From positions 13,366 to 77,365 of the IMG/VR virus record IMGVR_UViG_3300049432_000156: DNA of 64,000 bases. One strand, 5' to 3'. A program made the translations under genes and the position numbers. This DNA is from a virus. Of the stretch, positions 55,833 to 64,000 are shown piece after piece (the stretch's first letter is position 1; each line of letters begins with the position of its first letter). The notes under the pieces were generated by a model. That model was given only the letters and a program-made list of their open reading frames with translations. It was not told where the DNA came from and did not search any database.

Positions 55833-55948
55833 GTTCCCATGTCCGGCCAGTCCAGGTGATTGGCTGGACATTGGAGCGAAATGGCAAACCCTGAAAGGAA
55901 AAGTGGCTGTGGAACATTTTGTTCCACAGAAATGAAACGGAGGACACC

Positions 55949-56143
55949 ATGACACAAGACCTGGCCCTGGAAGCGGCGCTGCGACACCTGGCCAGCGCGG
56001 ATCACGCCCTGAACAATGCCTGTCTGATGGAACGGCATGGACTAACGGAGTTGGCGGAACGCGACCTGGCGGAAGCCTTGACGCATGAAATCGCGGCGCT
56101 GTGCTGCGACCGGATGGCGAAGATTTATGAACCAAAACGCTGA
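55949..56143 (+). CDS. Hypothetical protein
   Basis: GGAGG RBS before ATG. Confidence 0.6.
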   Translation: MTQDLALEAALRHLASADHALNNACLMERHGLTELAERDLAEALTHEIAALCCDRMAKIYEPKR

Positions 56144-56423
56144 GATAATTCGCGCTCTGACAGAGCGGCTGGACGTCGACACCGGGCACGGCGGGATAGG
56201 TTCCAGCTACGGCCTGGTTCGTGGCTATTGCGCAGCCATCGGGACTTGGGCGCCATACACCGGACCATTGCCGAATCTCATTGCCGTTTGCCGGCTTGCT
56301 GACGAAGAACTGTCCAGAAGGGAAGCTGCTGGAGAAGTCCTGAACGCACGGGAACGCCTTATTTCAATCGCTTTGCGAGAGTCAATCGCACGCGCTTCAA
56401 TGCAACATCACTCGGACAAATAG
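56127..56423 (+). CDS. Hypothetical protein
   Basis: Early-region ORF. Confidence 0.55.
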   Translation: MNQNAEIIRALTERLDVDTGHGGIGSSYGLVRGYCAAIGTWAPYTGPLPNLIAVCRLADEELSRREAAGEVLNARERLISIALRESIARASMQHHSDK

Positions 56424-56431
56424 AAAGACCT

Positions 56432-56650
56432 ATGAACACAGCAAAACGAGCGCGTCTGGCGGCAATTCCGCTGGGCAAACTGAATCTGAGAAGCCAAGCT
56501 GGGATGCGGGAGTTTCGCCGTCGCATGGCCAGAAAGGCAGGCGATTGGGGCAATGCCTGGGCACACCAGACGGCGCGGCCGGTGGGTAAACACCGGCTGA
56601 AGAACACGATCGGGCAACGGGCGCGGTGGCGGTGGGTGCCGAAGCAGTAA
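56432..56650 (+). CDS. Small basic hypothetical protein
   Basis: 72 aa. Confidence 0.5.
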   Translation: MNTAKRARLAAIPLGKLNLRSQAGMREFRRRMARKAGDWGNAWAHQTARPVGKHRLKNTIGQRARWRWVPKQ

Positions 56651-56811
56651 CGTTACGGCCTGGTGACTTTCACCCAAACTCACGAGGATTCGATTTAAGG
56701 CGTCTGAATTCGCCGGGCCGCAGGTTCGGAAGTCCAAAGGGCATTGCGTAGCAGGCGGACGGCAAAGCCAGCGAACGGCTGGCCGGAAACGGAGGAGATC
56801 AAACCCATCCC

Positions 56812-56997
56812 ATGACAGCGAAGGAGACCTACGAACTCGCCAAGCAACGGCAACGTGAAGCTGACCGGGCGCTGGCTGAGGCGGACGGGCGGCAGGCGTG
56901 TCCAGCGGAAATGGCCTGGTTGAGGCACGACCTGGACGAAGCGACGGCGGAGAGAAGGAGAGCTTTCAGTGAATATATGAATTCGGATGAAACCTGA
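56812..56997 (+). CDS. Small coiled-coil protein
   Basis: GGAGGAG upstream. Confidence 0.55.
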   Translation: MTAKETYELAKQRQREADRALAEADGRQACPAEMAWLRHDLDEATAERRRAFSEYMNSDET

Positions 56998-57163
56998 AAG
57001 GAGAGAAGCGGCATGATTCACAGATTGATAGTGCACTCGCTCAGAGACCTGCAAGCGTCGTGCTCATGCGGCAAATGGCATTTCACGATGCCGACTTTCG
57101 ACCGGGCGCCCTGACAAGGTCCGGCTCGCCAACCGGATCGGTGTCCGGCAGAAGTGGAATCGC

Positions 57164-59077
57164 TCATATATTCCAATAGTTCCGGCTGGTTTCCGGCGGA
57201 ACGTCGTCTTGGCTTATTTTGGCGGCGCTGGCAAAGAGGCAAGTGGCCGGGTCGTAGAACAACGGATACTCTTTCTTTCGGATGCGCCGTCCTTTGCGAA
57301 CATCGAAGATGACTTGGTTCTCAGCTTCCTTGTTGACCAGAACGATGACCGAGTGTGCCTCGTGCGAAATCACTCGGGACTCGCGCAATCGGCCTTCGTC
57401 ATTGAGTTGGGACAGGACAATGATCGGGATGCGGACGTCCTTGGCCAGAGCGCGTATGTCCCGCGCGATCTCCGCAACCTGCTGTTCCCTCGGCGTCTGG
57501 CCGTTCTTTGGCAGAACGATTTGGGCGTAGTCCACGATGGCCAAGTCAATCCGACCGTCGCGCTTGAGTTGCAGGACCCTTGCGCGCATCTGGGCGACGT
57601 TCATCACCGATTCGTCATAGGTCCAGAACGGCGCGTTGCGTAGTGGATGCGCCTCCGAGACGATCCGCTGCATTTCTTCCGGCGTGAACTCGCCTGTGTT
57701 GAAGTGGCTGCGTTGAACTTGGGCGCGCATTGCGAACAGGAGATCGGCAATCTCGTCATTGTCCATTTCGAGGGTGAACAGGCAGACGTGCTTGTTCGCT
57801 TTGAGCGCGGCGTTGGCGATGCTGATTGCGATTGAGCTTTTGCCGGCGCCGGTCTCCGCGGCGATCACCGTCATCTGGCCCGGGTGCAATCCGCCGGTGT
57901 CCCTGTCGAAGTCTGCAATGCCGGTCGGGACACCGAGTTCGTTCTTGTGCTCGCTCAGGTATTCGTATCGGGCTAATGCGTCGTTGACGATCCGCCGGAA
58001 TGGCTTCTCTTCCAAGCGCGGAAGCTCCAAGGACTCCTCGAAATACGCCAAGTCCTGCGATGAGAGCTTGCCTTTGCCTGGGTTGAGCCAGAGAAGCTGT
58101 TGCAGTCCAGAATCCTCAGCGCCATAAGTGCGCTGGGCTGATGGCATCCGGGACAAGCGCGACGGGTTCTTGTTCTTGGGATCAATGCCGAATGGCGCAA
58201 GCGCCGTTAGCAGGCGCCGGACAGTCTCCGAATACTCCTTCGAGTTGCCGGCGTCTAACCGGACCCAAGCGTGGGCAGATTTGCCACCAGAAAGGATTAC
58301 CGCAACGATTGGCAGCAGTTTCCAGCCGGCGAACAGGGCGAGCTGGATGTCCAATGGAATTGAATCGCTTTCCAACAGGACGAACCGGTGCGCGACAACG
58401 TCCGAGTCTGTCACCGCCCCGTCTTTACCGCTGCCGGCAGGCTGGCATGGGTTAGGCCGCAACCAAACGCCCGCGAGAGATTGCGGAATGCCTTGTTCCT
58501 GAACGTAGCGGGTCCATTGGTCGCGGCTTTTGGTCTGGCCAGGACCGCATGGCCGAGCTTTGCCATCCTCCAGGATGAATGACCACACCGCGTTGAGATT
58601 GTCCTGGCCGTCATAGAGCATTTCGAGGAAGGCAATCAGCGCGTCGCCCGGCGGCGCCGGGATCGCCAACTGGCTGGACGCAACGAACTCCTCTTGCCCA
58701 ATGCTTTTGCCTGACAACCACCAAGTTGCGTGCTCGGTCGGCGTGCGCTTTGGTGACGGCGCGGAATTCTGGTTGGAACCGCCGTTCCAGGATGAATGCC
58801 CGCGGTGGGCAGGCCCATTGCCGATCAAATGGCCACGAGCTTTCTCGTGGGTCGCACCCTGCGCGCTCTGGATCTTGTGCTCCAGGTCGCGCTCGCTCCA
58901 AGGCGGTTGGCACCGTTCGTTGAACCGCTTCAGCCAGAACAATGCGGCCGAGCCTGAGAGATCGAAGCCGTTGACCAGGCTACAGGCGACCGAGAACGTC
59001 TTGTTGTGCCCCTCCTGCCCGCTGATGGCCGGGTCACAGGCATCAACGTAGGCCGCTATGCGCTCGTCGAGCGTCAT
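57164..59077 (-). CDS. Primase (AEP/PriCT-like) fused to DnaB-like helicase
   Basis: PPWSERDLEHK, LLESD, SGGKSAHAW, NPSRLSRMP; AAETGAGKS, IVDYAQ, LSQLN. Confidence 0.88.
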   Translation of the reverse strand: MTLDERIAAYVDACDPAISGQEGHNKTFSVACSLVNGFDLSGSAALFWLKRFNERCQPPWSERDLEHKIQSAQGATHEKARGHLIGNGPAHRGHSSWNGGSNQNSAPSPKRTPTEHATWWLSGKSIGQEEFVASSQLAIPAPPGDALIAFLEMLYDGQDNLNAVWSFILEDGKARPCGPGQTKSRDQWTRYVQEQGIPQSLAGVWLRPNPCQPAGSGKDGAVTDSDVVAHRFVLLESDSIPLDIQLALFAGWKLLPIVAVILSGGKSAHAWVRLDAGNSKEYSETVRRLLTALAPFGIDPKNKNPSRLSRMPSAQRTYGAEDSGLQQLLWLNPGKGKLSSQDLAYFEESLELPRLEEKPFRRIVNDALARYEYLSEHKNELGVPTGIADFDRDTGGLHPGQMTVIAAETGAGKSSIAISIANAALKANKHVCLFTLEMDNDEIADLLFAMRAQVQRSHFNTGEFTPEEMQRIVSEAHPLRNAPFWTYDESVMNVAQMRARVLQLKRDGRIDLAIVDYAQIVLPKNGQTPREQQVAEIARDIRALAKDVRIPIIVLSQLNDEGRLRESRVISHEAHSVIVLVNKEAENQVIFDVRKGRRIRKKEYPLFYDPATCLFASAAKISQDDVPPETSRNYWNI

Positions 59078-59086
59078 GGGCCAAGC

Positions 59087-59788
59087 TCAGAATACCCTGC
59101 TCTGCGCTTGTTCTTTCTCCTCTTGTTTCCCGCGATTGCGAGTCAGCCAGGAAACAACGAGCCACTTCCAGTCCATTACGTGACCGTTCCTGTCCAGCCA
59201 ATGACGCGCCGAATAGTAGGCGAAGCAGGCCAAGGCTTGAGAATCTGACATGCAACGCATAGAGCAGTACGCCTTGAACTCCTTTTCATCGGGAGGCTCA
59301 CTGTGTCCATTGCTGGATGGTTTCTCTCCCTGCACCCTCTTTTCCAGAGTACCACCAACAGAAGCATAGGCCGTGTGCGCATCTGTAGTACTACAGGAAC
59401 CAACAAGTTGGTCTCTTTTTTCCCTCCTGTTACGGTAGTCAGCCATTCGTTGTCGGTTTAATTCTCGACGCTCAGCATCATTGGCGATCAGCCTGTATTT
59501 GTGATAGTTGACAATTCTCCAGCCCCAATCGCGATGTTCATCCAACCGTTTGATTCTCGCCCCGTCATCGAGTCCGGACCTGCTGTGCTGGTCAGTCTTT
59601 TCCAGCTCACTGATGCCGCGCTGCACGATTTCCAGCGGAACGTTGGTAGTTCGAGCAATCGCTTTGGCGGTCATGTCAACCACGCCGTCTTCGTTGGCCA
59701 GCACGACCATGTCCTGAAAGACACACCTCACCTGCCAGTCTTCGGCAATGCTCGAATCGAAAATCTGGCGGAAGATTTTAGCGTACAT
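59087..59788 (-). CDS. Phage replication initiator/replisome organiser-like protein
   Basis: YAKIF..IFDSSI...GVVDMT..AIAR...GWRIVNY.KYR; C-terminal FAYY...W...DWK. Confidence 0.7.
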   Translation of the reverse strand: MYAKIFRQIFDSSIAEDWQVRCVFQDMVVLANEDGVVDMTAKAIARTTNVPLEIVQRGISELEKTDQHSRSGLDDGARIKRLDEHRDWGWRIVNYHKYRLIANDAERRELNRQRMADYRNRREKRDQLVGSCSTTDAHTAYASVGGTLEKRVQGEKPSSNGHSEPPDEKEFKAYCSMRCMSDSQALACFAYYSARHWLDRNGHVMDWKWLVVSWLTRNRGKQEEKEQAQSRVF

Positions 59789-59796
59789 AGGCGTTT

Positions 59797-60273
59797 TTAT
59801 TTGTTCCAGGTTTGCCCCAACAGAATGCAGGAGATGTTCTGAGGCGTTACGCCAAACAGGTTGGCAATGTGTTTTCGAGTATGCCCTTCGAGAGATAATC
59901 GACGCATCTCTGACACGTTTTCGGCTGTGACTTTTGCGTGGCGAGATTTGGAAAGCCATCTTCCCTTGCGTATCGAGTCTTGGATGTTTTGTTTTGCGGT
60001 TCCGAGGAACAAATGATTCGGATTACAGCAAGGTGGATTATCGCAGTGATGGCATACGTCTAATCCAATTGGGATGTTCCAGAAATTGATCAACCAAGAG
60101 AGTCGATGGGTACTGATGTAGGATTTGAAGATGTAGATATTGCCGTACCCTGTCGGCGATCTTGCTCCCGTCCACAGCCAGCAAGACTCAGTTTTCTCTA
60201 CACGATCCCAGAATTTTTCTCTGATTATGTGCTCGTTCGCTTGGTTGTGCAGTCTCAGCAGGAGTTCATTCAT
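59797..60273 (-). CDS. HNH endonuclease (HNH_3-like)
   Basis: FWDRVEK..CWLWTG...GYG...HRLSW...VCHHCDNPPCCNPNHLFLGT..N. Confidence 0.92.
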   Translation of the reverse strand: MNELLLRLHNQANEHIIREKFWDRVEKTESCWLWTGARSPTGYGNIYIFKSYISTHRLSWLINFWNIPIGLDVCHHCDNPPCCNPNHLFLGTAKQNIQDSIRKGRWLSKSRHAKVTAENVSEMRRLSLEGHTRKHIANLFGVTPQNISCILLGQTWNK

Positions 60274-60288
60274 GGATGGAAGCTAAGA

Positions 60289-60373
60289 ATTGCGTTCGGC
60301 CTTGGTCGCCCATCGAGCGAAATGGGGAGGGAGTGCTACCAGGGCCGAGGCCGAAGCCCCAGCCGAACGCAAT
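60289..60373 (-). promoter_or_regulatory. Structured RNA leader (three-way junction with UUCG loop)
   Basis: 12-bp stem ATTGCGTTCGGC/GCCGAACGCAAT, inner GGGGC-TTCG-GCCTC. Confidence 0.5.
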
Positions 60374-60492
60374 AAAACAATGGCAGAAGTGAACCGCAAG
60401 TGCAACTCGGAACGAGCAACCAAGTCCGTTCAGAGCGCACCTGTTCTACCGAATCACGCGCACCGGTTCAAGAGAATGTTCTCGGAACTTAT

Positions 60493-60684
60493 TCACAGGT
60501 GAGTGCCTGGATTGAGAACGAACACCACACGGCTGTTAAGGCGCTTGAACCGCAGGTGTTTGTAGTGCCCGCGATAGAGCCGTTGGGTGACTGAATGCGG
60601 AGTTATTCCCAACCGTTGCCCTTCCTCGATACACCATGCTTTGAAGGGCACAGCTCCCGCAGGTAATACTCCAGAGCGTGACAT
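60493..60684 (-). CDS. Small HTH (Cro/Xis-like) protein
   Basis: GQRLGITPHSVTQRLYRG. Confidence 0.5.
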   Translation of the reverse strand: MSRSGVLPAGAVPFKAWCIEEGQRLGITPHSVTQRLYRGHYKHLRFKRLNSRVVFVLNPGTHL

Positions 60685-60996
60685 CAGGATGACCGAAGCC
60701 TGCCCGATTCCGCTCGCGCGCAGCAACAAAAATCGAAGGAAACAGGATGGATTCTCCGGTAACTCCGCACAGGAAGGAATCAAATGAACTATCTCTACGC
60801 CGTCGTGCTGGGCGCAATCGGCACGGTATGCCTTGGGGATTGACTTTCTACCATGATTCTGTCTGACTCAGTGCGTTCAAACCAGTGTGATAACTGGGAT
60901 TGGATAATTCACTTTCGCGTTCGTCTGGTCGGGGCAAGTGCCTTGCTTCTGAGTGAATCCCATTCCCTCGGATTATCAGCCGGGCGAACGCGCCTA

Positions 60997-61692
60997 ATGC
61001 TCAGAAACACAGGCACAGCATTTATCTATGCGTTGCTCGATCCTCTAACCCGAGAAGTCCGTTACATTGGCAAGGCGGATAATCCTAAAGCGAGGCTCGC
61101 CAATCATTTGGCTGAAGCAAACAAAAGGAACAATCACCGAACCCGCTGGCTCCGTTCTGTGATGAATCACGGGATGAAACCAATTCTGGAAATTCTCGAT
61201 GAAGTTCCTCAACACGAGTGGCCATCCTGGGAGGCCGCTTACATCGAGTTTTTCTTGGAGCAAGGATGCAAATTGGTAAATGGAACACGCGGCGGAGAGG
61301 GATCACAGAATCCAACGGCCGAAGTGCGAGCGAAAAGAAGCTTGGCTCTGCGCGGCAGGAAATTGTCGGCAGGGCACCGCGCCAAGATTAGCGCCTCACT
61401 TCGCGGCAAAAAAGGAAAGCCTCTATCTCCAGAAAATATTGCTAAACTTGCCGCATATCACAGAGGCAGGCCGAAGTCGCCGGAGCAGCGGGCGAAAATG
61501 AGTGCAGCACAGAAGGGGGAAAAACATCCATTCTTTGGAAAGAAGCAATCACCAGAAAGCATTGCGAAAAGGATTGCGGCGCAGAAGGGAAGGGTGTTCT
61601 CCACAGAATCCAAAGCAAGAGTTAGCGCCGGTCTCAGGGCTGCATGGGCACGAAGAAAAAACGCCGGGCAGCTAATGCTTTTCCGAAGCTAG
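60997..61692 (+). CDS. GIY-YIG homing endonuclease with NUMOD3 repeats
   Basis: FIYALLDP..VRYIGKA, NGTRGGEG, HPFFGKK; paralogue of 39465-40259. Confidence 0.9.
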   Translation: MLRNTGTAFIYALLDPLTREVRYIGKADNPKARLANHLAEANKRNNHRTRWLRSVMNHGMKPILEILDEVPQHEWPSWEAAYIEFFLEQGCKLVNGTRGGEGSQNPTAEVRAKRSLALRGRKLSAGHRAKISASLRGKKGKPLSPENIAKLAAYHRGRPKSPEQRAKMSAAQKGEKHPFFGKKQSPESIAKRIAAQKGRVFSTESKARVSAGLRAAWARRKNAGQLMLFRS

Positions 61693-61719
61693 AGAGGAAG
61701 CAAGAAAGGACGAAGACAA

Positions 61720-62307
61720 ATGAGCACAAACAAACCTGCAAGAAAACTTGGATCGCCAGGTGACAAGGCTGACGTCGCGCGCCTGGGCTACGTCGGCAAG
61801 CGCCCAGGCAGCAGAAGGCGCGATAGCGATTCGTGGTTCACGCCACCACAATATCTGGTCGCTGTTCGAATGGTGCTTGGCCGAATCGATCTTGATCCAT
61901 TCTCATCGGATGCGGCCAATCTGACGGTGGGGGCGAAGCATTACCACACCGAAGCAGATGATGCCTTCACGAAGTCTTGGCTGGCCGGTTCGGTGTTTAT
62001 GAACCCGCCCTACGGCAGATTGTGCCGCCCGGCTGTCGAAAAGTTTGTGGCTGAATTTCTGAGCGGCCATTTCACCGCTGGCATTGTGCTGGTGAACAAC
62101 GCCACTGAGACCAGGTTCTTCCAACTGCTTCTGCAAACATCCACTGCGGTCGCGTTCACGAACCACAGGATTTCATTCACCAACGTGGACGGCAAACGCA
62201 TTTCGGGCAACACGCGCTGGCAGGCGTTCTTTTACTTCGGGAAGGAAGCAAGAATTCCAGCGTTTGCCGCGGCCTTCAGTCCATTCGGAAAAGTTATCTC
62301 ACTATGA
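61720..62307 (+). CDS. Phage DNA N6-adenine methyltransferase (Dam-like)
   Basis: DSWFTP, IDLDPFS, VFMNPPY, NNATETRFF, RISF. Confidence 0.88.
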   Translation: MSTNKPARKLGSPGDKADVARLGYVGKRPGSRRRDSDSWFTPPQYLVAVRMVLGRIDLDPFSSDAANLTVGAKHYHTEADDAFTKSWLAGSVFMNPPYGRLCRPAVEKFVAEFLSGHFTAGIVLVNNATETRFFQLLLQTSTAVAFTNHRISFTNVDGKRISGNTRWQAFFYFGKEARIPAFAAAFSPFGKVISL

Positions 62308-62390
62308 ACGGCTCACCACGAATCTTCCGATAAAAGGCTTTGTGGAACCGCGATAAATCTGTCAGTAAACCACCAAACAGAAAGGTTAGT

Positions 62391-63287
62391 ATGAGCGATC
62401 CAGTAACAGGGACACAAGCGTTGCTCGCGTCGTTGTCATTCGGACTTCCACGCCAGTCGCGGAAGTTGGAGAAGGAACCACGGGACATTGAGGAACAGGC
62501 CCACGCCCAGGAAGGAGTCGTCACCGGGTCGGTCTTCTACTTCAAACAAAAAAACGGCAAGGAAACAATCGACGCCTTGTCGGAACTCAAATCGTATCAC
62601 GGTCTCTGGAAGAAGGAACATGAGCGGCTTGCTAAGATTCCGTGGATGGGATCGACGCGCCTCCTGCCCGCCGCGTTCGTCCCGCAATACGCCGAGATGC
62701 GCGCGCGATTCGAGGCCGGCATCACTGCGGTCGTCGCTGAGTTCTTCACGGTCTATGAGGACTGGCGCGTCACGGCCCCGCACAGAATGGGCAGCCTCTT
62801 CGACCCGGATGATTTTCCGAGCGAAAGCGAATGTCGCGAGCGCATCAACGTCGAGACGAATCTCATGCCGCTGGCTGACGGCCAGTCCTGGCAGCGTATC
62901 GCGCTTATCAATCCGAACCACGTTGCGACCGAGGAGAACCGCTATAACGATGGTGTAGCAAGGGCCAGAGAGGAAGGCCGCCTGGATTTCTGGAAGGATT
63001 TATTGGGCCGCTTTCAGCACATCACCGACGTTCTCTCCAAGGACAAGGTTCGCATTCACGCGACGCTCATCGGCGGACTGACCGATCTCTTGGACATGGT
63101 TCCAGCCTATGGGCCGCTGTTCAACGACGAGAACCTGATCCGGTGCGCGACCGAAGCGCGGACACTTCTCGGTTCAATTACCGCAGAGGACTTGCGCGCC
63201 GATCCCGCGCTCAGGCAGCAGGCCGTCGCCAACGCGCGCGAGCTTACCGCTCGTTTCGGTGCGCTGGGTGCGAGACGCTTTGCTTGA
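62391..63287 (+). CDS. DUF3150-like phage protein
   Basis: IPW..GSTRLLP...MGSLFDPDDFPS...EDLRADPALR. Confidence 0.65.
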   Translation: MSDPVTGTQALLASLSFGLPRQSRKLEKEPRDIEEQAHAQEGVVTGSVFYFKQKNGKETIDALSELKSYHGLWKKEHERLAKIPWMGSTRLLPAAFVPQYAEMRARFEAGITAVVAEFFTVYEDWRVTAPHRMGSLFDPDDFPSESECRERINVETNLMPLADGQSWQRIALINPNHVATEENRYNDGVARAREEGRLDFWKDLLGRFQHITDVLSKDKVRIHATLIGGLTDLLDMVPAYGPLFNDENLIRCATEARTLLGSITAEDLRADPALRQQAVANARELTARFGALGARRFA

Positions 63288-63297
63288 AAGGAAATCA

Positions 63298-63534
63298 ATG
63301 AGCGCAATTGTTGACTGGCGATGCCCCATCTGCGGGCACAATTCCTACTCGGAAATCGAAACCGACGAGTTTGTAACCGAAGTTAACATCACATCGGAAG
63401 GCCATTTGGCAGATACGACGAAAGAGAATCTGCCACTCGGCTTTGAGTGCGACGGCTGCACCGTGACGTTTGGCAATCCACAAAAGTTCAACGTCAATGC
63501 CGCCAACTTCACCAACAGAACAACTGAACTATGA
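63298..63534 (+). CDS. Small Zn-ribbon protein
   Basis: CPICG...ECDGC. Confidence 0.6.
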   Translation: MSAIVDWRCPICGHNSYSEIETDEFVTEVNITSEGHLADTTKENLPLGFECDGCTVTFGNPQKFNVNAANFTNRTTEL

Positions 63535-63761
63535 GCCATCAAAATGGAGTGAAGAAATTCCTGTTTGTCGTCCGGCACGGCTACGAAGAGAGCGACGGCA
63601 ACCAGGGATTCAGCACCTTCTTGATTCGCGCAGACCACGATCCCAGCCAGGAAGAACTGGTGAAGTTTCTCGGCCTGGATTTTGACGAGATGCACCACAC
63701 GCTCGACGCCTGGCGTTACAGCGAGGATGAAATTCCAACGCTTGGGCCGAAGACCGCTTGA
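63531..63761 (+). CDS. Hypothetical protein
   Basis: Coupled 76-aa ORF. Confidence 0.55.
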   Translation: MSHQNGVKKFLFVVRHGYEESDGNQGFSTFLIRADHDPSQEELVKFLGLDFDEMHHTLDAWRYSEDEIPTLGPKTA

Positions 63762-64000
63762 CAGCGGACAAGGAGTTTGTATTCTCGACGAAACGCTGGC
63801 CTGAGAATCCAGTGGTGATTTCGCTTGCGATGGGCTTCGGCCTGGCTTGTGCGTTCCCCACTGCACGGTTCTCAGTCGCAAGCGAACTATGCTTAGCACG
63901 CAAGACGCAAAACGATTCTGGAAGAAGGTGGACATCGGGCCAGATTTGTCCGCGGTTCACACTGGAAGCATCTTCTTTGAAGACAAAAACCACAAACAGA

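Larger units (their letters stand above)
1..64000. mobile_element. Tailed dsDNA bacteriophage/prophage genome segment (podovirus-like)
   Basis: TerL, portal-scaffold-capsid order, tail and ejection genes, primase-helicase, many homing endonucleases; no host housekeeping operons. Confidence 0.95.

Noticed and set aside
1-64000. tRNA/tmRNA genes, reverse transcriptase/DGR, stop-codon recoding, circular closure of the window
   Set aside because: No cloverleaf or RT motif seen by eye; genes are intact in the standard code; the right end lacks the missing arm of attC site 0, so the ends do not join

Overview
The window looks like most of the genome of a ~55-60% GC tailed dsDNA phage or prophage with a podovirus-like layout. 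The host is inferred to be PVC/Verrucomicrobia-like from the style of the attC sites and genes. From left to right it contains: (1) a small integron-type cassette array with three attC sites and an attI-like site but no IntI gene, with the cassette ORFs read antisense to the attC orientation; (2) a split Cas4/PD-(D/E)xK nuclease, an HTH protein and a tyrosine recombinase; (3) glycan-modification genes (glycosyltransferase-like, FkbM, WcbI-like); (4) a long minus-strand morphogenesis block with a 3669-aa polyvalent ejection-type protein (GHKL ATPase and two zincin motifs, plus two overprinted small genes), ejection and tail proteins, major capsid, scaffold and portal; (5) a terminase large subunit on the opposite strand; (6) a membrane/lipoprotein module containing a complete hybrid histidine kinase and exported (Sec/Tat) fibre-like proteins; (7) RmlD-like, glycosyltransferase and IHF/HU genes; (8) a ~2 kb ORF-poor region containing a ~900-nt densely base-paired ncRNA candidate; (9) early genes, primase-helicase, replication initiator, an adenine methyltransferase and a DUF3150-like gene. 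Seven free-standing HNH/GIY-YIG endonucleases are scattered through the window. All family calls come from motifs recognised by eye; no searches were run.
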